A stretch of 64,000 nt of DNA from Candidatus Poribacteria bacterium (GTDB taxonomy: Bacteria; Poribacteria; WGA-4E; WGA-3G), in assembly GCA_964291315.2 (NCBI GenBank), contig OZ219753.1, forward strand, positions 3,008,001 through 3,072,000, given 5' to 3'. A program made the position numbers and the translations under genes. The notes below the pieces were generated by a model. It ran no database searches. It was given only the letters and a program-made list of their open reading frames with translations, and was not told the origin of the DNA. Numbering within the stretch: position 1 is the stretch's first letter; every line of letters begins with the position of its first letter. This document shows, one piece after another, positions 47,752 to 58,269 of this stretch.

Positions 47752-49962
47752 ATGGATCGTTCCCATAACAGACACCGTTCAGTGCGTGCATTGCTCTTTG
47801 CCGGTATTATCCATCTGAGTCTTGCTATCGTCTTTATGTTCTCTTTTTACGCGGACAGACAAATACGGAATGAAGACGCGCTAGCAGTGGAATTGATTAA
47901 TTCGAAATCTTTTCGAGAACAGCGTCGCACGCTCAAATTGCCGCCCCCCAAAGAAATTTTCGCCCCTCAGCGGCCCGATGACTCCACTGATGCACATCAA
48001 CGTCATTTAGATTTACACGCTGCTGCCGATTTAATAGATGAGACGATCCATCAATCAGAGGCAGAGCTTCTCCAGAGTGCGACTGCATCTATATCAAACA
48101 CCGAGACCACACCTCCGTACGTGACGACCTATGCAGCGCGGTTCAATAGCCGCGAAACACCGATCGCTGAATCGGTGGACGTTCCGTTCCAAATCTCCGC
48201 TGGGGCCGGTATAGAGAGCTTACGGCAACGCGTTAAAGGTGCCAGCGACGGATTTCGCAAACTGGAATCTACCGGGGCTTCTGAAATCGGAAAGATCGGT
48301 GTCGGTAATGGCGGCGACAAAGGCGATGGGAGTGGCGACGGAAAAGGTCGCAATCCATTCGCCAAAGCACTCAAACGTATCGCTGACCATATCGTTGGCA
48401 CACGCCAATTGGAGAAAGTAAACGTTGTATTTGTGCTCGACACGAGTGCCAGCATGCGTGATAATATCCAAGAAGTCGCCTCGAATCTGTATGCGATGAC
48501 CGATGAATTCGATCTCATCAACTTAGAATATCACCTCGGGATGTGCGAATTCAGTGTCCGGCGTGAAGGCCAGAAGCTTGAAATCCGCTCTCTGTTACCC
48601 GACGTTGGCATGCTGCGGAGACGAATGCAAAAAGCAACGCTCAGCGGCAACGAACACGCCCTTGATGCCCTTACGGATACACCAAATTATATCGACTTTC
48701 ACGCCGATGCAGATAAATATGTCGTCCTCGTAACCGATGAACCCGCATCTACACATCTGAGAAAAGCTGGGGCTTACACAATAATGCGACAAAAGGTGAT
48801 CCAACAATATCAACTTGAGGAGATTAGCGTTAACGTGCTTGGACATCCAGAGCTGTTTCAGCAAGAGTTAGCAGAAAAAACAGGCGGGCTTTGGCAGCTA
48901 ATTCCCGGAGACATCAAGAACGCAACCACACTTCCGAGCAACCGTGTTGCCAACGAAGGGTTTATGAAGGTGTTTCGGGATATCGTCACTGATCTGCGAC
49001 GCAACAGTGGCAAACTGCTATTCAGTATGGAACCACAGTTTGAAGTTCTCCTCGAAGACGCAGATGTGCCGATAAAGAAGATACAACGTGAATTCCGACA
49101 AAACGGGATCCGCTTAGCAAACATGGATAATCTGTTTGGAAGCGCTACGGTCTGGGAAAAACAGAAGGGTGCCTTATGGGTCGTTACAGACTACGCTAAC
49201 GGACGTATCTACACGATCCGCAAAGAGGACAACAAGTTAAATGTCTATTCCGGTATTTACCCTGAAAGTTGGAACGCCTCTACAAATCTTACTGCTATGA
49301 CGCAAAAACAGGGGCGGAGATGGCTCATAAACGATTCGAATCGACAACGTATGTTCACCGTCCGCAGTGAAGACAATCGATTGAATATCTACGATGGCGC
49401 AGCACTCAGTACATCCTCTGATAGGGAAGTGCGCGGATACGAACCAGCTGTGGATATCGTCATCATGCTAGATTACAGCCGGAGTATGGGTGGGAAATCT
49501 CAAGCTATCACGCTCGGTTTAAGCACCTTGTTCGGCAGGTTAGACATTCTACCGATTAACTACCGCATCGGGCTCATCCGGTTCGCAGAAGCGAAAGATG
49601 CAATTAAAGTCATTAACGGTGTTTCGGTCACACAGATGCCACTCAACAAAGCGATCTTAGAAAGCTACATGGAGGCCCCGTTCGGTGGCGATGAACATCT
49701 TATTGACGCAATCGTAGAAGGGATTCCGAAAGTAAAGTTCAGTCCTTACGCCAGCCGATTTTTGCTCATTCTGACAGACGAACCGACAACCGGAAAATAC
49801 CCACCTGAACGAGCTCTGAATCTCTGTCAATCGTTAGGTATCCGTGCTTATATTATCGGGCATCCGGGACCCGCAGATTTTCAAAAAACACTCGCTGAAG
49901 AGACTGGCGGTCGTTTCTTTACAATGCCGAAGCATTTGAGGCAGTCGTATCCAAATCAATAG
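47752..49962 (+). CDS. Membrane-anchored double vWA domain protein (start probably ATG 47752)
   Basis: N-terminal TM 'IIHLSLAIV'; MIDAS DTSASM and DYSRSM; two 'TDEP'. Confidence 0.85.
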   Translation: MDRSHNRHRSVRALLFAGIIHLSLAIVFMFSFYADRQIRNEDALAVELINSKSFREQRRTLKLPPPKEIFAPQRPDDSTDAHQRHLDLHAAADLIDETIHQSEAELLQSATASISNTETTPPYVTTYAARFNSRETPIAESVDVPFQISAGAGIESLRQRVKGASDGFRKLESTGASEIGKIGVGNGGDKGDGSGDGKGRNPFAKALKRIADHIVGTRQLEKVNVVFVLDTSASMRDNIQEVASNLYAMTDEFDLINLEYHLGMCEFSVRREGQKLEIRSLLPDVGMLRRRMQKATLSGNEHALDALTDTPNYIDFHADADKYVVLVTDEPASTHLRKAGAYTIMRQKVIQQYQLEEISVNVLGHPELFQQELAEKTGGLWQLIPGDIKNATTLPSNRVANEGFMKVFRDIVTDLRRNSGKLLFSMEPQFEVLLEDADVPIKKIQREFRQNGIRLANMDNLFGSATVWEKQKGALWVVTDYANGRIYTIRKEDNKLNVYSGIYPESWNASTNLTAMTQKQGRRWLINDSNRQRMFTVRSEDNRLNIYDGAALSTSSDREVRGYEPAVDIVIMLDYSRSMGGKSQAITLGLSTLFGRLDILPINYRIGLIRFAEAKDAIKVINGVSVTQMPLNKAILESYMEAPFGGDEHLIDAIVEGIPKVKFSPYASRFLLILTDEPTTGKYPPERALNLCQSLGIRAYIIGHPGPADFQKTLAEETGGRFFTMPKHLRQSYPNQ
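49012..49398 (+). other. Inserted module copy 2 (49012-49254) plus a second partial copy (~49285-49398) between the vWA domains
   Basis: KLLFSMEPQFEVLLED...LWVVTDYANGRIYTIRKEDNKLNVYSG; RWLINDSNRQRMFTVRSEDNRLNIYDG. Confidence 0.75.
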
Positions 49963-50089
49963 CTTATCAGCGATTAGCGTTTAAATGTGTATAGGTAAAT
50001 TGTGAGCGTTACGATACGGTTGTCCGGGGGCAGCACGATCTGATAGAACCAAAACGGATTCTAAAATTAATAACTGAAAGGAAACAAGT

Positions 50090-50611
50090 ATGGCGACAAC
50101 TTCTAGAAGTACACAACAACACAGAGAAATAGCAACTCAAGAGGGGCCTGTCGCGGTGGCGATTGTCACTGTGAGCGACACACGCACCCCGGAAACAGAT
50201 AAAAATGCGGCTTTTTTGCGCGAGCAACTCGCAGCAGAAGGGAATAGCGTCGCTGCTTATCAAATCATTAAAGACGAACCTGACCAAGTGGCATCAATAT
50301 TGGATAAAATGGCGGAGAGCGAGGCGCAGGTTATCCTATTCAACGGCGGTACCGGTATTGCACCCCGCGACACAACCTTTGACGTTCTCAAGCGTAAAAT
50401 GGAAAAGACTCTGCCGGGATTTGGAGAACTCTTTCGGATATTTAGTTATGATCAGGTCGGAGCCGCAGCGATCCTGTCGAGAGCAACGGCCGGCGTTTAT
50501 CGCGGAAAGGTCATTATCTCCACGCCGGGGTCAACCGCTGCAGTACAATTGGCGTGGGAGAAACTGATTGGACCCGAGTTGCAACATCTTGCGTGGGAAG
50601 TGGGACGCTAA
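50090..50611 (+). CDS. moaB: Molybdenum cofactor biosynthesis protein MoaB/MogA
   Basis: [38 protein letters not shown]. Confidence 0.9.
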   Translation: MATTSRSTQQHREIATQEGPVAVAIVTVSDTRTPETDKNAAFLREQLAAEGNSVAAYQIIKDEPDQVASILDKMAESEAQVILFNGGTGIAPRDTTFDVLKRKMEKTLPGFGELFRIFSYDQVGAAAILSRATAGVYRGKVIISTPGSTAAVQLAWEKLIGPELQHLAWEVGR

Positions 50612-50656
50612 TCCGTCTTAACGTATTCCTTATCAATCGCGGTCCGGATTAACCAA

Positions 50657-50686
50657 GATAGGCGAGGTTGGAAAACTTCGCCTATC
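50657..50686. repeat. REP-like hairpin / terminator between convergent genes
   Basis: gataggcgaggtt-ggaa-aacttcgcctatc. Confidence 0.65.
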
Positions 50687-50747
50687 TTTCCGAATAAAAC
50701 CTCCAAACCCAACATCCTATCACTAACCGCTACCCGTCAACAGCCCT

Positions 50748-51605
50748 CTACAATACTTCACGGGCAAACGTATAAACATCCCGCAACCATGACCTATAAT
50801 AGATACCGTTTGCATAACAGAAATAGAGCAATTTCAACCCGAGAATACCGATCAAACAGGCAAACAGAATCGTCAACAGACTGTAATCCCAGGCTCGCAT
50901 CTTTAGCGTCCGTAGGGAAGTACGGTCTGCTGTTGTCTCTGCTGAAAACCCTCGGCTTTCAACGGATTGACTGAGATGTGTCGCATGCCGTATATTTCCT
51001 GCTAAGATCGGACGCAAGCTATTCAGCACCGCACGACAGGTAGTGAATAAATTGAGACGAAAATAGCGGAAACCCCTTAATTGCTGCGAACGAAGGACAG
51101 TTGCGGTTTCATTCGCAATGACCGGAATGAAATGTAGGGCCGTTGTGACCATAAAAGCGAGTGCGCCTGGCACGCGCAATTGGGTCAGCGCGAGAAGGAG
51201 ATCACGCGGCTGCGTTGTCCAGACGATGAAACACCCAATGACCAATGTGGTGCTGAAACGTAGAGATTGGACAATCCCGTGAAATAAGCCCTCTTGATAG
51301 ACACGGATGCCGCCGGTCACTTTCCCGATGAGCGGCAGATCAGCAGGCACAAGCGTAAATAGCGGGGTACGTGGAAACTCGTTATAGAAGATTGCTTGAC
51401 TGTAGATCAAGCCCCATACCGTGAAAAAGAGGAAGGTAGAGAGGAGTCCAATCTGCCGCCATGTCGGTATAGACACGGCAATCAGCGTGAGGCTGCCCAC
51501 GAAACAGACCAGCAGTGCCGTCGGACTATCCAGCAGGATGACAAAACATCCGGCGAGGATCATCACCAGGATCTTTGTGCGGGGTTCAAGTATGGCGTTG
51601 TGCAT
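50748..51605 (-). CDS. ecfT: ECF transporter transmembrane component T (start revised to 51605)
   Basis: 'LEPRTKIL', 'TTQPRDLL.AL', 'ALHFIPVI', 'QQLRG', 'VESRGF'. Confidence 0.85.
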   Translation of the reverse strand: MHNAILEPRTKILVMILAGCFVILLDSPTALLVCFVGSLTLIAVSIPTWRQIGLLSTFLFFTVWGLIYSQAIFYNEFPRTPLFTLVPADLPLIGKVTGGIRVYQEGLFHGIVQSLRFSTTLVIGCFIVWTTQPRDLLLALTQLRVPGALAFMVTTALHFIPVIANETATVLRSQQLRGFRYFRLNLFTTCRAVLNSLRPILAGNIRHATHLSQSVESRGFSAETTADRTSLRTLKMRAWDYSLLTILFACLIGILGLKLLYFCYANGIYYRSWLRDVYTFAREVL

Positions 51606-51828
51606 TGTGCAGTTTTTCCGGAGAAACCTCCGAGATAAGTATAGCAGATTTGGTACAAGGCTTTCCAATTAATAATAGTCTTCCCGGATACACTTTAGGG
51701 GTAAACGCAGCCGTATTGTGTATGATAGGCTCCGCAAATCTCGCCTCTCCCTATAAAAGACAACGTGGTGATATAGAAAGACAACGTATAACAAGCGTGG
51801 GAAAAGACCGACAACTCATAACTAAAAC

Positions 51829-51857
51829 TTGACTGCTGCGCGGATATATGCTAATCT
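51829..51857 (+). promoter_or_regulatory. sigma70 promoter
   Basis: TTGACT-17 nt-TAATCT with extended TG. Confidence 0.6.
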
Positions 51858-51902
51858 ACTTTTTGGAACAAACATTTTATATCTTCTTGAAAGGGGTAGT
51901 TA

Positions 51903-52940
51903 ATGGAACAGTGGATTACAGATATTATTAGTGGGTTACCAAGTATAGCTCTTTTTTTGATAATTGCTGTGACGCTTTACACAATAGGGAAAGGGGCAGA
52001 TTGGCTTGTTGACGAAGCCGTAACTCTCTCAACCCGATGGGGTTTGGGGAAAGCAGTCATCGGTGCGACGATCGTGAGCATCGGCACAACAATGCCAGAG
52101 GCGGCGGTCTCTGTGCTATCGGCGATACAAGGGAAACCAGGACTTGCACTCGGCAATGCAGTCGGCTCAATTATTTGTGACACAGGGCTTATTTTGGGAT
52201 TGGCATCTTTAATCGCTCCGTTACCACTTAACCGCGAGTTGACTTCACGACTCTCAAATGTACAGGTAGGTGCCGGTATCCTTCTGGTCGTCGGCTGTTT
52301 TCCATGGGCAGCCCCAGCGAGAGTTTTCACGCAAGGTGGGACTCTGCCGCAACTTGTAGGGATCGTCTTCGTTATCCTTCTAGCGTTATATATCTGGCAA
52401 TCTATCCGATGGGCAAGTGCAGCGGGTGCGAACCCTGAGAATGGAGAAGGCGCAGAAGTGGAGGGGGCGGGTGGGTTTGGTACGCTTATTAAACTGATTC
52501 TATCAATCGGTATCATTGTTATCTCTGCTCAAATCCTAATCCCAGGTGTGAGTATCATGGCAGAGAGGATCGGCGTGCCGAAGCATATCATTTCAGCGAC
52601 GCTTGTTGCCTTCGGGACATCACTGCCTGAACTTGTAACGGCCATAACAGCCGTCAGGCGGGGACACGGTGAATTGGCAGTCGGAAACATTATTGGTGCG
52701 GATATCCTGAATGTGCTTTTTGTGGCCGGAGTTTCAACAGCTGCCACACAAGGCGGTCTGCAAGCAGATGGACAATTCTTCCAATTCCTGTTCCCCGCAA
52801 TGCTGTTCATCCTTATCGTCTTCCGGTGCGGGATATTTGTATCAGGGGACCAGTTAAAACGCCCGTTTGGCGTGGTGTTGGTTGCAGCCTGGTTTTTGGT
52901 GACAATCCTAAGTTACCTCCTTTCAATTAAGATGCATTAG
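51903..52940 (+). CDS. Sodium:calcium antiporter (CaCA, YrbG-like)
   Basis: alpha repeats 'GTTMPE...GNAVGS' and 'GTSLPE...GNIIGADILN'. Confidence 0.92.
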   Translation: MEQWITDIISGLPSIALFLIIAVTLYTIGKGADWLVDEAVTLSTRWGLGKAVIGATIVSIGTTMPEAAVSVLSAIQGKPGLALGNAVGSIICDTGLILGLASLIAPLPLNRELTSRLSNVQVGAGILLVVGCFPWAAPARVFTQGGTLPQLVGIVFVILLALYIWQSIRWASAAGANPENGEGAEVEGAGGFGTLIKLILSIGIIVISAQILIPGVSIMAERIGVPKHIISATLVAFGTSLPELVTAITAVRRGHGELAVGNIIGADILNVLFVAGVSTAATQGGLQADGQFFQFLFPAMLFILIVFRCGIFVSGDQLKRPFGVVLVAAWFLVTILSYLLSIKMH

Positions 52941-53063
52941 GCGTTATCGCGAGTTAATGCGTCTAATTTTTATATTGTAATTGTTGACAAATTTGTGAAG
53001 ATATGTGATAGTACAAATCCAAGTTTAGACCTAAATTACAGAAGGTTCAAAGGAGGCATGACA

Positions 53064-54236
53064 ATGAATAACAATCAAGCATCGACGGAGGTCTACCGTG
53101 CCTCGGCTTTTGCTGATTTTAAACCTGAACACTCGGCACCCGGACCGACACCTGAAAGGTTAGCACACTTGAGAGAGCACGGTTTCGTAATTATCAACGA
53201 TTTTGTCGACAACCCGTGGATTCCAACCCTACGAGAGGCGGGGCGTCGGGTTACGCAAGCGTGCGCCCCGGAGAACGTCTATGACGTAATTGACTGCTCA
53301 AAAGGATATGTACACCGCGCAGGTGAGAACGAACCTTGGGCGATCCGTGGGCTCATCCACCCCGCGTTCAAGGAACCATGTTTCGCTGAGTTTCACGGAT
53401 CCCCAGATTTCACAGGTTTCGTTGAATCGTGGACCGGTGCAAAGCCTGAAGACCTCGTGATGACGAACACGCTCCTCTGGTGCAACCCCCGAAAAAAAGA
53501 GAACAAACTCGGATGGCACAGAGACGTAACATGGTGGGGGACCGGGAAAAGCTACTTCTCACAAGAAGAAATTCGTGGAGATACCCCGCACGATTATTCG
53601 GAGGAGGTAGAACGGACGCGGTGGAAAGAGATCCAAGAAAACAGTGAGAAGTCCATCAGCCATCGAAACGGCGTGAGTATGTTCCTTGCACTGACAGACG
53701 ACGAATGTCATGAACTTATTCCCGGAAGCCATCGTCGATGGCGGACCCCGCTTGAACATGACGTACTGCTGCCAAAAGCTATGAAAGATCAAGGGGTCCC
53801 ATATACGCCCTGTTGGAACGGTACAGACCCACTGCCCGGACAGGTTGCAATTCGCCTTAAGCCGGGAGAAGCACTCATCCGTAACGGGGCAACAATACAT
53901 ACAGGACACTGTGTGCCTGAACGTGAACGCAATACCTTATCAATTGGATGGTCTAAGTGGGGTGGGCCCTCCGAGGAAGAACCTGCGGTCACTGATGCCC
54001 GTTTTGCGTGGATGCTTGATCCAGCTGTTCGGGACGCGCTGCCCCACGAATGGATGAAGATAGCATGGGACCGCTGGGCTGAAAAACATAAACTCGGTGA
54101 TACCCTTGAAGATCGCTATGCCGGTTTTGATATTCAGCAAATCAGATCAGGAAACGTTGCCGGATGGCGAACCGAATTGGAACGTCAAGCCGCTGCTGCG
54201 GGCAACAAGTGGGAACCGCACCAAAAGGTATCTTAA
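53064..54236 (+). CDS. PhyH-like dioxygenase (start revised to 53064)
   Basis: RBS aggagg; 'HGFVII', WHRD, 'IPGSH', 'LKPGE...IHTG'. Confidence 0.75.
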   Translation: MNNNQASTEVYRASAFADFKPEHSAPGPTPERLAHLREHGFVIINDFVDNPWIPTLREAGRRVTQACAPENVYDVIDCSKGYVHRAGENEPWAIRGLIHPAFKEPCFAEFHGSPDFTGFVESWTGAKPEDLVMTNTLLWCNPRKKENKLGWHRDVTWWGTGKSYFSQEEIRGDTPHDYSEEVERTRWKEIQENSEKSISHRNGVSMFLALTDDECHELIPGSHRRWRTPLEHDVLLPKAMKDQGVPYTPCWNGTDPLPGQVAIRLKPGEALIRNGATIHTGHCVPERERNTLSIGWSKWGGPSEEEPAVTDARFAWMLDPAVRDALPHEWMKIAWDRWAEKHKLGDTLEDRYAGFDIQQIRSGNVAGWRTELERQAAAAGNKWEPHQKVS

Positions 54237-54263
54237 GACGAGCAGCTGTCAGCTATCCGTTGC

Positions 54264-54302
54264 TAGCGCGTAGGGAAGAAACACTGAACGCCCTACGCGC
54301 TA
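54264..54302. terminator. 12-bp perfect stem between convergent genes
   Basis: tagcgcgtaggg...ccctacgcgcta. Confidence 0.65.
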
Positions 54303-54323
54303 AACGTTGAATGTTGACAGCTA

Positions 54324-55310
54324 TCAGGCAGGGGGCGCGATCAGACGTACGAAGGAACGAGAAACCTTATCTAACTCTTCGCGAACGGCTGCATCCAATT
54401 CCCAACCGACACCCCCAATCGTATCGTCAAGTTGTTCAATTGTGTCGCTCCCACTAATGGCGATAGTGACCTCTGGATGTGAGAGCACCCACGCCACTGC
54501 AAGTTGTGCAGGCGTTTTACCTAACTCGGCTGCGAGTCGCTTGAGCGTTGAAATGACTTGTCCAGTGGCACCGCTCATCCGCTGCGAAAATTCATGACGT
54601 AATCGTGTTGCCCATAACGTACCAGCGGGTGGCGGTTCATCAGGAGCATAGACACCGCTCAACAAGCCGACAGCCAGTGGGCTGTAACACATGACTCCCA
54701 ACCCTTCCTCGCGGACTAGACCGAACATCTCAGTCTCTAAGTCGCGATTCAGGAGGTTATACATATTCTGAACACAGATATAAGACGTTGCGTTGATCCT
54801 ATCAGCGATCCAGAGCCCCTTACACACCTGCCATGCCTGATGATTACAGCAACCGATATATCGTACCTTGCCTGAACGCACCAGATCGTCCAAGGCGCGA
54901 ATCGTTTCTTCTTGTGGTGTGGTCTCATCATACGCATGCATGAGATAGACATCAATACGGTCGGTGTTGATTCTCTTCAAGGAGCGTTCCACCTCACGCA
55001 TGATATGGTAGCGTGACAACCCGGCATCGTTTGGACCTGGCCCCATCCGACTGGAAACCTTTGATGTAATTACGACATCATCGCGTTTGCTGCGAATCGC
55101 CCTCCCCAGAACTTCCTCAGACTGCCCAATATTGGCACGATCATCCATAAACCCATAGATATTGGCACAATCGATGAGATTAATACCCGCATCGATAGCG
55201 TATTCAATCAGTCTTTGAGCGGCATCGGCATCACCTTGTCCTCTGAGTCCCAAGCCTAAGGCAAGTGGACTCACTTTAACGCCTGTTTTTCCAAAATTGA
55301 CATACTCCAT
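54324..55310 (-). CDS. Aldo/keto reductase
   Basis: GINLIDCANIY, SEEVLG, SLKRINTDRIDVY, GKVRYIG, YSPLAVGLL, PAQLAVAW. Confidence 0.93.
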   Translation of the reverse strand: MEYVNFGKTGVKVSPLALGLGLRGQGDADAAQRLIEYAIDAGINLIDCANIYGFMDDRANIGQSEEVLGRAIRSKRDDVVITSKVSSRMGPGPNDAGLSRYHIMREVERSLKRINTDRIDVYLMHAYDETTPQEETIRALDDLVRSGKVRYIGCCNHQAWQVCKGLWIADRINATSYICVQNMYNLLNRDLETEMFGLVREEGLGVMCYSPLAVGLLSGVYAPDEPPPAGTLWATRLRHEFSQRMSGATGQVISTLKRLAAELGKTPAQLAVAWVLSHPEVTIAISGSDTIEQLDDTIGGVGWELDAAVREELDKVSRSFVRLIAPPA

Positions 55311-55338
55311 AGATAGATTCCTCAGCGGTTGTCGGTTT

Positions 55339-56316
55339 TTAGTCAGTGTTTCGAAACCTTCGTAATGTGTCTACGACCCGTTGCATATCTTTGGGCATCG
55401 GGGCTGAAAAAGTTAAGTTCTTGCCTGTAACCGGATGCACAAATCCGAGAAGCCGGGCATGCAACGCCTGCCGGTTAAGACTGACGAAGGCCTGCCTCAG
55501 TTCAACCGTGTGTGCATCGTTTAAGGCGCGTTGCTCGCCGCCATAAATCGCATCACCAGCGACTGGATGCCCGATGTGTTGTAGATGCACGCGAATTTGA
55601 TGTGACCGTCCGGTCTCCAAGGTGAGTTGAACGAGGGCGAATTTAGAATAGGTTTCCAAGACTTCATAGTGCGTGACGGCATGTCTGCCGCGGGCTTCAA
55701 CCGTTGTCATCCGTCGTCGGTCCCGCCGACTTCGGGCAATGCGGGCAGCTATCGTGCCAACGCTCCGAGCTGGTGTCCCGCATACGACAGCGACATACTG
55801 TCGGGTAATACTATGACGTTCAAATTGAACAGATAGCCCGCGATGTACGCTATCTGTCTTCGCAACAACCAGAGTCCCTGAAGTATCCTTGTCCAATCTA
55901 TGGACAATCCCTGGCCTCTCCAATCCACCGATACCGGACAAGTCTGGGCAGTGAGCGAGTAAGGCATTGACAAGCGTTCCGAGATTCACGCCGTTTGCAG
56001 GATGAACAAGCATCCCTGCTGGCTTATTCAGGACAATCAAGTGGCTATCCTCGTAAAGGACATCGAGAGATATATTTTCAGGTGGTACAGTATCCAAAGG
56101 ACGCGGTGCGGGAACCGTCATACAGACGCTGTCACCGCGTTTAAGTTGATAACTCGGTTGCTTAGCGACTTCGTTGTTGACGGTGACCTCACCATCGCGA
56201 ATGAGCTTCTGGAGATAGTTCCGAGATATACCTTCGGTTGCACTGATTAGGAACTTATCCAAACGGGTGCCGTGCTGCTCTTCTTGGATGTGATAACTGT
56301 GTGTTTGACCCATCAA
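55339..56316 (-). CDS. rluD: RluA-family 23S rRNA pseudouridine synthase with S4 domain
   Basis: RLDKF, NKPAGMLVHP, GIVHRLDKDTSG, LETGRSHQIRVH, RQALHA. Confidence 0.93.
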   Translation of the reverse strand: MMGQTHSYHIQEEQHGTRLDKFLISATEGISRNYLQKLIRDGEVTVNNEVAKQPSYQLKRGDSVCMTVPAPRPLDTVPPENISLDVLYEDSHLIVLNKPAGMLVHPANGVNLGTLVNALLAHCPDLSGIGGLERPGIVHRLDKDTSGTLVVAKTDSVHRGLSVQFERHSITRQYVAVVCGTPARSVGTIAARIARSRRDRRRMTTVEARGRHAVTHYEVLETYSKFALVQLTLETGRSHQIRVHLQHIGHPVAGDAIYGGEQRALNDAHTVELRQAFVSLNRQALHARLLGFVHPVTGKNLTFSAPMPKDMQRVVDTLRRFRNTD

Positions 56317-56355
56317 TTTCGTCTACGCCTCACGCCACCGCCGCCGGAACCTCCG

Positions 56356-57150
56356 TTACATCAAATACTCACGCTCCCGGAAAATTCTGATAGCGAGGTA
56401 CAGCAGCACACTTGTTAGCAAACCGATGACCAGAAGTGAGGCCCAGGCGGGTGGTGGTGAAAGCCCCAAGAGTACATTAAGTTCACTCCGGGGTAGCTTG
56501 TAACTTGGAAATAAGGTGAAAAGGTAATGTGACACAGATAATCGCTTAATTGTTGTTGTCATTAGTGAGCTTGTGGTAACGTTTTCCCAACCCATCACAA
56601 ATAGTAGCCCCCATAAGACAGGGTTCTTAAACCTCGCTGCCAAAAGTACCGCGAGCGCGCCGTAAGCTAACAGTGCCAACGCCATTGATGCTGTGTAATG
56701 CAAACTCATTCCAAATTGAAAGAATACGCCTTTCCCCAATTTGGGGTGTGTCACCATGATGCCGGTTAGAATTAGGTGTGAGGCAGCAATGAAAGCAACT
56801 GTTCCGGAAAGATAGGCTGCGAACTTGGTCAGAAGAATTAACGATTTACGGAGCGGCCGCATCTGGAGATACATCAACCCTTTGCTCTCAATCTCATCGG
56901 AAATGACTGCAGCCCCATAAAAAATTGCACATAACTTTACCCAGAGCCCGTATAGAATCAGTGTCATCAGCGGAATGAACCGGTTTACCATTCCGCTGCT
57001 CCGTGCAACAAAACGAAACACAAGGGCAATCACAATCGGTAGGAGGCACCCAAGCAGTATTAACAAGGTTCGGCGGCTCCAGAACATCTGCCGGAATGTT
57101 ACCTTAAAGAGAGCGAAATAGGCGGGAAACGACTTAGCGTTGATAGCCAT
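56356..57150 (-). CDS. ABC-2-type transporter permease
   Basis: Six TMs; 'ISDEIESKGLMYLQMRPL...LLTKF'. Confidence 0.8.
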   Translation of the reverse strand: MAINAKSFPAYFALFKVTFRQMFWSRRTLLILLGCLLPIVIALVFRFVARSSGMVNRFIPLMTLILYGLWVKLCAIFYGAAVISDEIESKGLMYLQMRPLRKSLILLTKFAAYLSGTVAFIAASHLILTGIMVTHPKLGKGVFFQFGMSLHYTASMALALLAYGALAVLLAARFKNPVLWGLLFVMGWENVTTSSLMTTTIKRLSVSHYLFTLFPSYKLPRSELNVLLGLSPPPAWASLLVIGLLTSVLLYLAIRIFREREYLM

Positions 57151-57417
57151 TTAAAACCTTTCAGCAGAGAAAATATAGGAGCATAGTAGCATTAATTTTC
57201 AGACTCCGCAAGCTTTTTCCGGCCCATTGGTCGTCAACAGACACCAACCGGCAGGAATCGGGACTCAGCGTTTCCGTTCTACAAGAAGAACGGATTGTAA
57301 AATTAAGCGCAGATATGGTATGATACCCTATCAATATCCAGATTTTCTGCGATTCAGGAAACAAGAGGCGATAGGTTCTTTTTCTGTTTCTTGCTGCATT
57401 ACTTGGAGGATGTAGAA

Positions 57418-58269
57418 ATGAATCAGCACGATTTCACTGTTACGGATTCAGAAATTGATTTTTTTCAGATGTTCGGTTACCTCAGTTTTCCACAACTGAT
57501 GGCAGATCGGATCACGGCGATCCAGAACGCTTTTGAAACGGTCTGGTGTGAGAGGGGCGGTGGTCATAACGGTAAGCCACACGAAGGCACCGCCCGTTCA
57601 TGTATCGTTCCATTTATTGATCAGCATGAAGAGCTCTGCTCACTCCTTGAGGATCCGAGGATCCTTGCAATTGCGAAGGCGTTGCTCGGTGACGATTTCA
57701 ACTATATGGGCAGCGACGGTAACTTCTACGTCGGCAATACCGGCTGGCACTCGGACGGGGGACATAAGCTGGAAGACCCGATGCACATAAAGGTTGCATT
57801 CTATCTAGATCCGCTGACGCGCGACACCGGGGCACTTCGCGTCATTCCAGGGAGTCATCTGTTCGGCGACAACTACGCAGATGGACTCACGAAACGGGTC
57901 GGGAAGAGCCAAGAAATATGGAAAATACATGGACAAGACGTTCCAGCAGTGGTTTTTGAGACAACCCCGGGCGATCTAGTGTTGTTTAATCACAACACCA
58001 AACACGCCGCTTTCGGTGGTGGAACACGCCGACGTATGTTCACTATCAACTTGTGTCAACGATACCCTGAGGACAAGTTGGACGCGTTGCAAGCTTATAT
58101 CAGCGGCTCTGCCCGGTTCTGGCTCGATCGAAAGTATGGCGAAAAAATGGTGCAGACGGCAACCCCAGAACGGCGGATACACCTCGAACAAGTCAGGGCA
58201 AACGATGGACACTTGGCTGAACTCTCCCGGCAGGCACGGAAACGGATGCATGAACCGTCACGCGGATGA
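57418..58269 (+). CDS. PhyH family dioxygenase (start revised to 57418)
   Basis: RBS ggagg; 'FGYL', WHSD, 'YLDPL...GALRVIPGSH', 'PGDLVLFNHNTKHA'. Confidence 0.88.
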   Translation: MNQHDFTVTDSEIDFFQMFGYLSFPQLMADRITAIQNAFETVWCERGGGHNGKPHEGTARSCIVPFIDQHEELCSLLEDPRILAIAKALLGDDFNYMGSDGNFYVGNTGWHSDGGHKLEDPMHIKVAFYLDPLTRDTGALRVIPGSHLFGDNYADGLTKRVGKSQEIWKIHGQDVPAVVFETTPGDLVLFNHNTKHAAFGGGTRRRMFTINLCQRYPEDKLDALQAYISGSARFWLDRKYGEKMVQTATPERRIHLEQVRANDGHLAELSRQARKRMHEPSRG

